DNA of 56,366 nucleotides from Candidatus Omnitrophota bacterium (GCA_029261065.1 JAJDCB010000004.1:1-56366); one strand, 5' to 3'; positions 1 to 9,466 are shown, counted from the first letter of the stretch. Numbers and translations are program-made. Notes: a model not told the origin generated them from the letters alone.

Positions 1-1977
1 ACCCGTTTCCGTAATGAGATCAATGTCTGTCCAATTAATGCCAGCCGTTGTTAAAACATTTAAATCTGTCCAATTGACACCAGTATCACTTAAGACATCG
101 ATATCATTCCAATTAACTCCCGCTTCTGTCAGGACTTTAAAATCTTCCCAATTTATTCCTGCATCAGAGAGCACATCAATATCTGTCCAATTAACTCCCG
201 CATCACCAAGAACACGCATGTCATCCCAATTAATACCAGTGTCTGAAAGAACATCTAAATCGTTCCAATTGATGCCAGCTTCTGATAACACTTGAAGGTC
301 ATTCCAATTGACACCTGCATCGGATAACACATTGATGTCACTCCAATTAATTCCCGTTTCACTCAACGAACGTATGTCATTCCAATTCACGCCAGCATCA
401 CTTAAGACATCAATGTCATTCCAGTTGACACCGGCTTCAGTTAAAACTTGGAGATCATTCCAATTCACACCCGCATCACTTAATACATCAATATCATTCC
501 AATTGACGCCTGCTTGAGAAAGGACTGTAAAATCGTTCCAATTGATACCCGCACTACTAAGAACATCTATGTCTGTCCAATTAATACCTGCAGTAGATAA
601 AGAGGTTAAATCCGTCCAGTTAACACCCGCGGCACTTAAAACATCAATTTCAGTCCAATTGATTCCGGCATCGCCAAGGACTTGAAGATCATTCCAATTC
701 ACACCCGCATCACTTAAGACATCAATGTCTCCCCAGTTAATTCCGGACTCTGTCATCACTTTTAAATCTGTCCAATTCACACCCGCCTCAGCTAAAGTAT
801 TAAGGTCTTCCCAGTTAACACCAGCTAAAGATAATTCACCAATGTTTGCCCAATTAACACCAGCAGAACTTAACACATCTACATCAACCCAATTAATGCC
901 TGTCTCACTTAATGCTTTAAGGTCAGACCAATTCACACCCGCATCACTTAAGACATCTATATCAGACCAATTGATTCCGGCATCACTCATCGAACGAATG
1001 TCATCCCAATTTATACCTGTGTCACTGATAACATCTATATCTGACCAATTAATACCAGCTTCACTCAATACTCTAAAATCATCCCAGTTAACACCTGCAT
1101 CAGAAAAAACATCTATGTCTGTCCAGTTAATGCCCGCCGCGGTTAAAACACGTAAATCATCCCAATTAATTCCTGCACCACTTAGGATATCGATGTCTGA
1201 CCAATTGATACCTGCTTGAGTTAAAACACTCATGTCGCTCCAATTAATACCGGCATCACTCCATACATCTATATCAGACCAATTAATTCCTGCCTCACTT
1301 AAAACTTTCCAATCCGTCCAGTTAACACCGATATCACTCATGACCTGAATATCATCCCAATTCACACCCGCATTCGATAAGGTTGCCAAGTTATCCCAAT
1401 TAATCGTTTCAGCCCAATTAATTTTAGCTCCACTCATAACAGCGATGTCCGACCAATTAACACTTGATGTGCTCATAAATTGGATGTCAGCCCAATTAAC
1501 ACCAGCATCACTTAAAACATCAATGTCTGACCAATTAATGCCAGACTCAGACATGACCGTTAGGTTATCCCAATTAACTCCTGCCGAGGCAAGAACATCA
1601 AGGTCATTCCAGTTAATTCCACTTGAAGCAAGAATTCCAACATCTGTCCAGTTAACTCCCGAATCACTTAAGACATCAATGTCATCCCAATTGATACCTT
1701 TATTCGTTAAGCTAAATAAATCATCCCAGTTAACTCCTTTATCAGTTAAGACATCAAGATCCGTCCAATTTATACCTGCCTCACTCAAAGCTCGAATATC
1801 CGTCCAGTTAACACTTGTATCAATGGTGTCCGTTACACTCTTTATACTTGTGACATCCGTTCGAAGAAGATCAACATCGTCCCAATTGATCGTATCCGTA
1901 CTCTGTTTAATAACACCAATGTCATCCCAGTTGATAAGATCTGTCTTGGCTTTTATACCAGTGATATCATCCCAGTT
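1..1977 (-). repeat. Coding tandem repeat, 39 bp/13 aa, consensus G[IV]NWxD[IL]xVL[ST]xA
   Basis: Repeat Trp codons (cca on +) at 31, 70, 109 ... 1804: 47 units at 39-bp spacing except one 18-bp unit (INWAET, 1396-1414). Three more divergent NWDD units have Trp at 1882, 1927 and 1972. Confidence 0.97.
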
Positions 1978-2886
1978 GCTTATAACTCGTCGTCGCGTGT
2001 CAACGATGGTTGGTTTAATAACATCAAGAGAAACAAAGGCATTGTATTCGTTGGCTGTTCCAGATTCTAAGACAGTTATGTCTGCAAAGTACGTATCTTC
2101 AAAATCAGAAGGTGTCCAATTGGTGGAAGAAGTAAAAAGTTCTCGTGTTGTATTGAGTGAAAAATCCGTTGTGGCCAGACTCAATTCCGTTGTCGTTCCG
2201 TCGTTTTGATAAATCACAACAGCAGAAGTGTCACCCGTTTCTAAATCAAACTTATCATCACTTGATGCCACCCACGTTAAAATAGTGTAAGCATCATCGG
2301 ATTCATCCCAAACGGCTAAAATTTTAGGACCCGTACCTGTCTCAACATCAAACGAATTAGAAACAGTTGAAGGAAGACCGGGGGCTGTTGCAACAAGAGT
2401 AAAAAACAAACCAGACTTTGATATTCTTAACCCCTCAAAGCTGGCCACACCATTAGCAGCAACTAGTGTAGTTTCACCCTCTAAATTACCATTGCCAGGA
2501 TTGTTAAAAATATCAAGAGTAATGGGCGTTGTGTTATCAGTTTTTACAAGGTTGCCATAGGAGTCATGAATTTCAATCTCTGGTTGTCTTTCAAAAATCA
2601 AACCATGACGTTCTGAGGAAGGAACTTGTGTGAAAATTAATTTTGCAGCGGCTCCATGCTCAAGAGATTCACTTTGAGAAGAGTCTCCCGTCGTTAATCC
2701 TTCAGAGGACCCACCCGAGAATATATTATCACCAAGCGATGACTCTTCATCTCCTGCAAAACTTCCCCCCGTAAATTGCGCATAGACGACGGCGGGAGTT
2801 TGCGCAAAGACAAACATGAATATCACAAAACAAGAGATTGTTTTGTGAATGACTTGTTGAATTTTAGATTTTTTTCTGTGTTTCAT
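1..2886 (-). CDS. Giant exported repeat protein (3'-truncated by the window edge; at least 962 aa): signal peptide, FxGGSxxG motifs, Ig-like domain, 13-aa NW repeats
   Basis: Not in the ORF track because it has no stop in the window. Manual translation from ATG 2886 (upstream in-frame stop at 2917-2919) is open to base 1: MKHRKKSKIQQVIHKTISCFVIFMFVFAQTPAVVYA|QFTGGSFAG...IFSGGSSEG...AAKLIFTQVP...QPEIEIHDSYGNLV...GVASFEGLRISKSG..FTLVATAPGL...SNSFDV (Ig-like), then NW repeats. Confidence 0.93.
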   Translation of the reverse strand, partial: MKHRKKSKIQQVIHKTISCFVIFMFVFAQTPAVVYAQFTGGSFAGDEESSLGDNIFSGGSSEGLTTGDSSQSESLEHGAAAKLIFTQVPSSERHGLIFERQPEIEIHDSYGNLVKTDNTTPITLDIFNNPGNGNLEGETTLVAANGVASFEGLRISKSGLFFTLVATAPGLPSTVSNSFDVETGTGPKILAVWDESDDAYTILTWVASSDDKFDLETGDTSAVVIYQNDGTTTELSLATTDFSLNTTRELFTSSTNWTPSDFEDTYFADITVLESGTANEYNAFVSLDVIKPTIVDTRRRVISNWDDITGIKAKTDLINWDDIGVIKQSTDTINWDDVDLLRTDVTSIKSVTDTIDTSVNWTDIRALSEAGINWTDLDVLTDKGVNWDDLFSLTNKGINWDDIDVLSDSGVNWTDVGILASSGINWNDLDVLASAGVNWDNLTVMSESGINWSDIDVLSDAGVNWADIQFMSTSSVNWSDIAVMSGAKINWAETINWDNLATLSNAGVNWDDIQVMSDIGVNWTDWKVLSEAGINWSDIDVWSDAGINWSDMSVLTQAGINWSDIDILSGAGINWDDLRVLTAAGINWTDIDVFSDAGVNWDDFRVLSEAGINWSDIDVISDTGINWDDIRSMSDAGINWSDIDVLSDAGVNWSDLKALSETGINWVDVDVLSSAGVNWANIGELSLAGVNWEDLNTLAEAGVNWTDLKVMTESGINWGDIDVLSDAGVNWNDLQVLGDAGINWTEIDVLSAAGVNWTDLTSLSTAGINWTDIDVLSSAGINWNDFTVLSQAGVNWNDIDVLSDAGVNWNDLQVLTEAGVNWNDIDVLSDAGVNWNDIRSLSETGINWSDINVLSDAGVNWNDLQVLSEAGINWNDLDVLSDTGINWDDMRVLGDAGVNWTDIDVLSDAGINWEDFKVLTEAGVNWNDIDVLSDTGVNWTDLNVLTTAGINWTDIDLITETG

Positions 2887-2940
2887 GCAAAACTGTTTGT
2901 GTCGATGATAGGATATTTATCAAAAAATCATTACTGCAAA

Positions 2941-4593
2941 CTATGGTGCCGTTCGGCCCAATCGTCCACCTGCAAAAATTCCTAATGACGAATCATATCT
3001 TTGGTTATATCCGTGACTATCTGGATCTTTAACAGCATACTTTCGCGTGGAGGTTTGAAAGTCTGACATATTAGATGATTGAAAATCACCTCCACGAAAA
3101 CCTGAACCAATTGTGCCTATGACACCACGAGAAGAATCAGTAGTGTCAATACCAGGCCAATCATTGTTGGTTGCGTTTCCTTCAAAACTTGTTAACACAC
3201 TTAACTCCCCATCACCATGGGTTCCTAAAAATTCTCGACCTTCTAAACGGCCAATCGTGACAACCATTTCATTTAAATTTCCGGATAACTCAAGAGCGCC
3301 GTAATAACCGGAGCCACTTGTCACACGGTTAGTTGAACTTTCTGCAAAAACACCAACGCGCAAAGCTCCTGGTTGTCCCTCAGCAATACCACCGACCCGA
3401 CCATCACCCGAACTCCAACCTAAACTGTTTCGATTAATATTGGCACTCCCATCAAAAATTTGCTCTGTTCCAATTTCATCTGTGTCTGGAAAAATTTCAC
3501 CAGCCTCACCTTGGTTGTACGAAGTGGTTCCCCAAACATATTCATTAGCTAATGGCGAAATATCAATACCGCGAGCCGTTTTTTCATATTCCAATTCTGT
3601 TAAAGGCCGTAAGCCCGCCCAGTCAGCATAAGCTAATAAATCAGGCCAAGAAACAAACGACATCGCTCGATCTGGACGCAACGTGGTCGCATCTGACTTT
3701 GGATCATTTACATCCCAACTCACGGTGTTTCGATTAACAACCCCATCAGAATTTTTTCCACCCTGAAAAGAATGGGTAACATCACGCGTCAGCTTCGCGG
3801 CATTAGAAAGCGTATTAAAAAACGCAACCCATTGGCCTTCTGTTAATTCATATTTCATGTGATAAAAGTCACCATAACCCTTAGGAAAGGATGAGGGAAT
3901 TAAGAAAATGGATCCTGTCGAACCTTCACCTGAGGCGCCTGTACTCGTATAATAATATCCATTTGTTGATGTATTTGTCGTCGTGATCGCACCTTCATTT
4001 TGAATATACCAAGGATCATTGTCGCTCGTTCCTTGTTTCAACTTATAATCTGAAGAACTATTTCCGTCTCCCGCATAAAAAGCGCCTTGTGGGACATAAA
4101 TCATTTCGATAGCAAACGCTCGATTAATCGTGTTAGCAGCCATAGCTTGATTGTCTGAAAGTCCATCTTGATTGTAATCCCAAACAAATTGAACATTTTG
4201 TGCTGAAATATTTCCAGTTGCCAAATCTGTTTTTTGCAAGAAAAAACCTTTTTCATCATTTGGAACAATCATTTCAAAACCGACGGGTGGTTGAAAGCCA
4301 GGAGGATTAGTTCCATTACTAGCCATACTGGCATGATGCCAGGTAACACCTGCATCTGTGGAATATTTAAGAAACACCCAAACAGCATCGTAATTATTGG
4401 TATCTCTCCAAGAATTTTCCCAAGTCAAATCACCTTGAAAAGTAATGGTATTAACAGCTTCATTCGTATCAACCACTTCAAAATTATCTATAGTTAGGTT
4501 ATTAGCCACAGCACCTTGAGCAGCAAACAAAACAATAAGTGCTACCAAACAATTCGTGATAAACTTTCTCAATTTTAAATTCTTTTTGGTCAT
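2941..4593 (-). CDS. Exported SUMF1/FGE-sulfatase-fold (C-type-lectin-fold) protein, paralog 1
   Basis: Signal peptide ending AVA|NNLTIDN; motifs WENSWR..NYDAVWVF, EMIYVPQGAF, MKYELTEGQWVAF, SWPDLLAYADWAGLRPLTELEYEK, ELSGNLNE, RGG, GGRLGR. Start moved from 4644 to ATG 4593 (GGAG upstream, 4 nt after the previous stop). Confidence 0.88.
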   Translation of the reverse strand: MTKKNLKLRKFITNCLVALIVLFAAQGAVANNLTIDNFEVVDTNEAVNTITFQGDLTWENSWRDTNNYDAVWVFLKYSTDAGVTWHHASMASNGTNPPGFQPPVGFEMIVPNDEKGFFLQKTDLATGNISAQNVQFVWDYNQDGLSDNQAMAANTINRAFAIEMIYVPQGAFYAGDGNSSSDYKLKQGTSDNDPWYIQNEGAITTTNTSTNGYYYTSTGASGEGSTGSIFLIPSSFPKGYGDFYHMKYELTEGQWVAFFNTLSNAAKLTRDVTHSFQGGKNSDGVVNRNTVSWDVNDPKSDATTLRPDRAMSFVSWPDLLAYADWAGLRPLTELEYEKTARGIDISPLANEYVWGTTSYNQGEAGEIFPDTDEIGTEQIFDGSANINRNSLGWSSGDGRVGGIAEGQPGALRVGVFAESSTNRVTSGSGYYGALELSGNLNEMVVTIGRLEGREFLGTHGDGELSVLTSFEGNATNNDWPGIDTTDSSRGVIGTIGSGFRGGDFQSSNMSDFQTSTRKYAVKDPDSHGYNQRYDSSLGIFAGGRLGRTAP

Positions 4594-4597
4594 AATG

Positions 4598-6187
4598 TTA
4601 TAAACTCCCATCATACGTTCTTGCCCCACGTCCGCCCACATCACTAAAAGATGATGCTTGGCCGTTTGCGGCTTGGCTACGATCAGAAATTCTTAAAGCT
4701 GTGCTCGCATCAATAAAAGAACCGCCTCTGAGACCAGACCCTATAGCCGATGTCACGCCACGGCTTGTAACAGCATCAATCCCTGGCCAATCTAATTCAT
4801 TGGCATTGCCTTCAAATCCGCTCGCTGAACTTAAAACACCATCGCCGTGCGTTCCAGCAAACCCGCGACCAGTTGCATTACCAATTGTTACAAGCTGCTC
4901 CATTAAATTCCCAGAAAGTTCCATAACACCGTAATATCCTGCACCCGCTAAAACACGTGTAGAATTTTCTTGAGCAAAAATTCCAGATCTCAACGGACCA
5001 AGACTATAATCAGCTCCACTACTACTGTCTCCACCTGTAAAAGAAATATTGTTATAATTCGCATTTGCATTTGCTGTTAAAATCGTTTCTGTTCCCGTTT
5101 CATCGGCTCCAGAGATTGAAGTGGCCGCGGTAATGGCTATATCTCCCCAAGCAAACTCTCCTTCTGTCGGTACCAAAGGACCACGACTAATTTTTTCAAA
5201 TTCTAACTCTGTCAACGGCCTTAAAGCGGCCCAATCAAGAAAGGCAGCTAGATCCATCCAACTTAAAAAACCAACAGCTCTTGAAGGGCGATCGGTAGAA
5301 CAAGCTAAAGAAGCCCCGCTACAATTAAGAGTGTTTCTTGATTGAACTGTATCCGTTGACTTATGACCTGAGTTTGTTAAATCGCGATTTGATCTTGCAT
5401 TATTAGAAGCTAAGGCATTAAAAAAATCACTCCATTGCCCTTCTGTAATTTCATATTTCATAACATAAAAGTCTCCATACCCTTTCGGATAACTAGCCGA
5501 AATAGAAAAGGAAGAACCTGTAGGATCCTCTGTTGCATTGCCAGCTGAAGAATATAAATAACCATCGTTAGTCGCATTAGAAACACTAATCGAAGAATCG
5601 CTTGAGATGTACCAAGGATCCGTATCGGCATTTCCTTCCATTAAAGAAGCGCTACTCGTTCCATAATCTCCAACATAAAACTCACCCTCAGGGATATAAA
5701 CCATCTCTAGAGCAAAAACGTTTAATTTAACCTCACTCTCATCAGTAAATCCGCAACTAGCGTAATCAATTTTGAATTGAACTTCATTTGAAGCAAGTGA
5801 TTCAACAACACCAAAATTTTTAGGTCTGATAAATGCACCTTTTTTGTCACTTGGCACATAAATATCAATATTTGTTGAATCCCCAGCAGTAAAACCTGCA
5901 GGATTGAGGCCAACACCTGAAAGTTCACAGATATTTTTACTTATCGGAGTTACTGCTGGGTCATATAAACGAACCGTCACCCACACAGCATCATGATTAC
6001 TTTTCGTTTTCCAAGAATTTTCCCAGGAAACATCAAATTGAACCATGACAGTATCGTTAGACGGGTTTCTTTCTTCGAGTGATACATTATCGATTGACAA
6101 ATTGTTGGCAAATAGGGCAGGAACAGAAATAAAAGCTATACTGAGGATTGTCAGGAAGGAAAGGGTTATTTTAAAAACCTTTGTCAT
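4598..6187 (-). CDS. Exported SUMF1/FGE-sulfatase-fold protein, paralog 2
   Basis: Signal peptide ending LFA|NNLSIDN; same motifs (WENSWK..NHDAVWV, MKYEITEGQW, WAALRPLTELEFEK, MELSGNLME, RGGSF, GGRGAR); RBS GAGGTG before the ATG. Confidence 0.88.
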   Translation of the reverse strand: MTKVFKITLSFLTILSIAFISVPALFANNLSIDNVSLEERNPSNDTVMVQFDVSWENSWKTKSNHDAVWVTVRLYDPAVTPISKNICELSGVGLNPAGFTAGDSTNIDIYVPSDKKGAFIRPKNFGVVESLASNEVQFKIDYASCGFTDESEVKLNVFALEMVYIPEGEFYVGDYGTSSASLMEGNADTDPWYISSDSSISVSNATNDGYLYSSAGNATEDPTGSSFSISASYPKGYGDFYVMKYEITEGQWSDFFNALASNNARSNRDLTNSGHKSTDTVQSRNTLNCSGASLACSTDRPSRAVGFLSWMDLAAFLDWAALRPLTELEFEKISRGPLVPTEGEFAWGDIAITAATSISGADETGTETILTANANANYNNISFTGGDSSSGADYSLGPLRSGIFAQENSTRVLAGAGYYGVMELSGNLMEQLVTIGNATGRGFAGTHGDGVLSSASGFEGNANELDWPGIDAVTSRGVTSAIGSGLRGGSFIDASTALRISDRSQAANGQASSFSDVGGRGARTYDGSL

Positions 6188-6376
6188 ATCACCTCTTTAT
6201 TTTTATCTCACTGTCTTTTATATATACTTATATATTATATATAAAGAGACATAGAGTACCCCGCGAGATAAATGATTAATTTACTACAAACTATTAGGAT
6301 ACTTAAAGTTATGCCAACCGATACTGCTTTATGTTATGACGCGCGCTTCGTCAAAAAGCCTACTTTATACTACCTT

Positions 6377-7174
6377 TTACCTCTCTAACGGTGAATCCAC
6401 TAATCCACGAATGAATAATTCTGCTTTTACGATTTTTTCTTTTACAAAATCAGAATCTTTCGCTGTTGGATTCAAATACAAATACATCTTGTAATGCTTT
6501 AATGCTGTTTTCTGATCATTTAACTGCTCCCCACTAACAAAAGCCAAATTAAAATGGGAATCTGGATCATCTGGCATTAAAGTAACAGCTTGATAATATT
6601 CTCGAACAGCAATTTCATATTCACCTTTTTGGAAATAGATATTTCCCATATTGTAATGAGCTTTGGCCGCATCTTCTCTTAGTCTCTCATCACCTTCAGT
6701 AAAAGCATCAATGCGTGATAACAAATCTGTTGTTTCATTTTCACGCCCCTTTACTTCCTCAGTGCTTTTTGATTTATTTGCTGCCAATAAAAACACACCA
6801 TCTGTTATTGACTTAGAATCTTGATTAGATTTTTGAATACTATTTCTCGTCGCTGTTTTACTTTTTAAAGAAGCTAATTGCATCGTATCATGAACAACTG
6901 GCATCTCGTTTTTTGTAACTTTCGCGTTCATTCTTAATTTACTAATTTGAGTTTCTAACCTTTGATTTTTCGTGGCCAAACTATGATTTTGTTCGATAAC
7001 ATTTTTTAGCGTTTCACTCATTGCTGCAACTTGCTTTTCTTTGATGGTTAGATCGGCACTTGCAAATGTTGCGCTAAGAACAAACATTACTGTCAGTGAA
7101 AGAGTTAAAGCTGTGAGACTTTTTTTCATCTTTCTTTGATTTTCATATTTTGTGGCCATAATTTTTATCCTCAC
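6377..7174 (-). CDS. Exported coiled-coil + TPR protein
   Basis: Signal peptide (ASA|D); coiled coil; TPR units AKAHYNMGNIYFQKGEYEIAVREYYQAVTLMP and DSHFNLA...ALKHYKMYLYLNP. The true start may be a downstream Met. Confidence 0.85.
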   Translation of the reverse strand: MRIKIMATKYENQRKMKKSLTALTLSLTVMFVLSATFASADLTIKEKQVAAMSETLKNVIEQNHSLATKNQRLETQISKLRMNAKVTKNEMPVVHDTMQLASLKSKTATRNSIQKSNQDSKSITDGVFLLAANKSKSTEEVKGRENETTDLLSRIDAFTEGDERLREDAAKAHYNMGNIYFQKGEYEIAVREYYQAVTLMPDDPDSHFNLAFVSGEQLNDQKTALKHYKMYLYLNPTAKDSDFVKEKIVKAELFIRGLVDSPLER

Positions 7175-7197
7175 TTGATTAAATTTATCTTCTATTT

Positions 7198-8802
7198 TTA
7201 GTCTGTACTATATGACTTAAACGGCTTAATTGTGCCTTGAACTTTCATGTAATCATCTTTACCCGTAACAATCCTAGGTGTAATAAATATGACAATTTCT
7301 GTTTTAGCAAAATCATCATTTGTTCGACCAAACATAGGGCCAAAAAGTGGAAGATCCATAAGCACAGGAAAACCTTTCTTTGTGTGAACCTTATCATTCT
7401 TCTTTAAACCACCCATAATAATTGTGTGAGCATCTTTAACAAGAACTGTCGTTTCAACTTCAGTTTTATTGACTTGAGGAATTCCGCCCCCTTGAGAGGA
7501 AACCTCTCCAACAACAGATGAGATTTCTGGTCTTAATCGCATTGTGACGTAACCATCATCATTAATGGTCGGTGTCACGTTTAGTTTTAAACCAACGTCC
7601 ACAAACCGAACATCTTCACTAGTAATGGCATTATCACCTGTTCCGGAAGTCGTTGAGATAATATAGGGAACAGTATCACCGACATGAATCTTTGCTTCTT
7701 CATTATTGGTAATTAAGACCGTTGGATTCGATAAGATTTTTGTATCACTAACCTGCTCTAATGATCGAACCGTTGTCTCAAAAGCATCTTCACTAAAATC
7801 ACCTACAGCAAATTGACCATAATGACTAGCCAGTTCGTCACTAGCAGAAATTTTAGCGTTTTGGCTACCCAGATAGAAGTTTGAAAAACTTAATTTTTTT
7901 ATTTGACTATTGCTGCTGTCCCTAAAATCAAGTTGCCAGTCAATACCGACATCATATTTTGGTTTCATTACGATTTGTAAAATACGGGCGCTTATTAATA
8001 CTTCTTTTGTAGGAGAATCTAATTTAGCTAATATTTTCTCGATTTCCTTTTTGCGATCTGGAAATACACGAACAATGAGCTTATTGGAACGCTCATCAGC
8101 CATAATTGATCCAACACTCTTAGCATCAATTCGCGATCTTAGCTTATCTGCCACAACATCAGCACTAGCATACTGCAATGTGTAAACAATTGTCTCAAGC
8201 GGCTTCTCTATTTCTTTAATAGCAGCCTTCATAAGTGCAATCCCCTCAGCAGTATCAATCATAACAACAGATCCCGTGTCTTCATCTATAATAATCTTAC
8301 CGACATTGCTTTTAATACTGTCCAAAGCAGCCAAAACATAACTTGGTTTGGAATATTTAAGATGAATAATCTCAACCATTGTTTTATCACTAAAACTTTT
8401 TCCAAACATCGCTTCATACTCTTGCTCGGTCAAAACTTGTACAATATTACCCTGAACTTTGTAGGCCAAACGATTGGAGATAATGACAATATCTAGAACA
8501 TCTTTGACCGATACGTTTTCTAAGAAAACAGTAGCACGCCCTTCGACACTTGGACTTATAACGACATTAAATTCACCCTCGTCAGCAAGGAACTTAATTA
8601 TGTCGACAATATTCATATCCCGTATTTCAAGCCTTATCTTTCGTTTCATTCTTTCAGAAAGAGCGCCTTTGACATCGGAAATCTTAATGGGCTTCCCATC
8701 AGCAAACAAATCTGTTGCTTGACCTATCATGCCCGCAAAAGCACAGGTAAAGACAACCAAAGGAATACACCATTTTAAAGATTTATTATTTTGAGTTATC
8801 AT
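7198..8802 (-). CDS. Type II secretion / type IV pilus secretin (GspD/PilQ family)
   Basis: N-domains (ADERSNKLIV, LDSPTKEVLISARILQ) and secretin domain (ILSNPTVLITNNEEAKIHVGD, DVGLKLNVTPTIN, PVLMDLPLFGPMF, TEIVIFITPRIV). Confidence 0.95.
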   Translation of the reverse strand: MITQNNKSLKWCIPLVVFTCAFAGMIGQATDLFADGKPIKISDVKGALSERMKRKIRLEIRDMNIVDIIKFLADEGEFNVVISPSVEGRATVFLENVSVKDVLDIVIISNRLAYKVQGNIVQVLTEQEYEAMFGKSFSDKTMVEIIHLKYSKPSYVLAALDSIKSNVGKIIIDEDTGSVVMIDTAEGIALMKAAIKEIEKPLETIVYTLQYASADVVADKLRSRIDAKSVGSIMADERSNKLIVRVFPDRKKEIEKILAKLDSPTKEVLISARILQIVMKPKYDVGIDWQLDFRDSSNSQIKKLSFSNFYLGSQNAKISASDELASHYGQFAVGDFSEDAFETTVRSLEQVSDTKILSNPTVLITNNEEAKIHVGDTVPYIISTTSGTGDNAITSEDVRFVDVGLKLNVTPTINDDGYVTMRLRPEISSVVGEVSSQGGGIPQVNKTEVETTVLVKDAHTIIMGGLKKNDKVHTKKGFPVLMDLPLFGPMFGRTNDDFAKTEIVIFITPRIVTGKDDYMKVQGTIKPFKSYSTD

Positions 8803-9412
8803 AGCGTATTATTATCTCCTCATCTTCATAGCCTAGTTTGATACTATCGGCATAAATGGTTTTTACAAGTATATCGCCCAATTTGTCTCCAACTTTCTTA
8901 AAATGGGTTTCACTTTTCACGGTATCCTCAATCATCGCCGCAGCACTTTCAACACGGTCAAACCAAGATATACCGACAAGCTTTAAGTGTTGGGTTTTCT
9001 CAACGATCCGCCTATTCTCATCAGAAACATCAACATCTGCTCTTAAATTTTGTTCTTCGGTAAATGGGTAAAAAATGTTGCGGGCTGAAAACTTCATTCT
9101 GTAGAGTGGCAATGGTCTCTTGTCTGGTTCAAAATTATCGTTCTTATTTCCGCTAACCGGCCCACCTAATTTTGTGGCAATGTTTACAGGTTTCCCCATC
9201 TTCTTTTTACCTTTCACAAATTCATTAACAGCAAATCCCGCACCCGCAACAATCAAAAGTAACAATACTAAATTAAGAACTTTTATCAAGCCAATAACAT
9301 CAACAGATTTTTTTGGCTTCTTTTCTTCAGCTTTATTTTGCACAGCACCACTTGCTTCTAACATCTTTAAAAGCTTTTGGTCTGCCGTTTCTTTTTTTGC
9401 TTTAGCTGTCAT
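8786..9412 (-). CDS. Bitopic GspC/PilP-like secretion accessory protein
   Basis: One TM segment, RNIFYPF, then LKLVGISW...AAAMIED...KVGD.LG.ILVKTI.ADSIKL (HR-domain-like). Overlaps the secretin start. Confidence 0.7.
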   Translation of the reverse strand: MTAKAKKETADQKLLKMLEASGAVQNKAEEKKPKKSVDVIGLIKVLNLVLLLLIVAGAGFAVNEFVKGKKKMGKPVNIATKLGGPVSGNKNDNFEPDKRPLPLYRMKFSARNIFYPFTEEQNLRADVDVSDENRRIVEKTQHLKLVGISWFDRVESAAAMIEDTVKSETHFKKVGDKLGDILVKTIYADSIKLGYEDEEIIIRYDNSK

Positions 9413-9466
9413 ATATTAACAATCTTATCTTATTGAAGTCTAACTTCAAGATAAAATTCACTTTTT

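Noticed and set aside
1-1810. 39-bp periodicity as a CRISPR array
   Set aside because: No constant repeat/unique spacer alternation; variation follows codon structure; no cas genes.
14-2209. Plus-strand ORFs with QL[TI]PAS repeats (14-295, 308-517, 725-1219, 1445-2209)
   Set aside because: Antisense shadows of the uninterrupted minus-strand repeat gene; they are broken by stops and have no signal peptide or domain.
2941-6187. Diversity-generating retroelement targets (C-type-lectin/FGE fold)
   Set aside because: No reverse transcriptase or template repeat in the window, and the two 3' ends differ at all base types rather than only at adenines. A remote DGR cannot be excluded.
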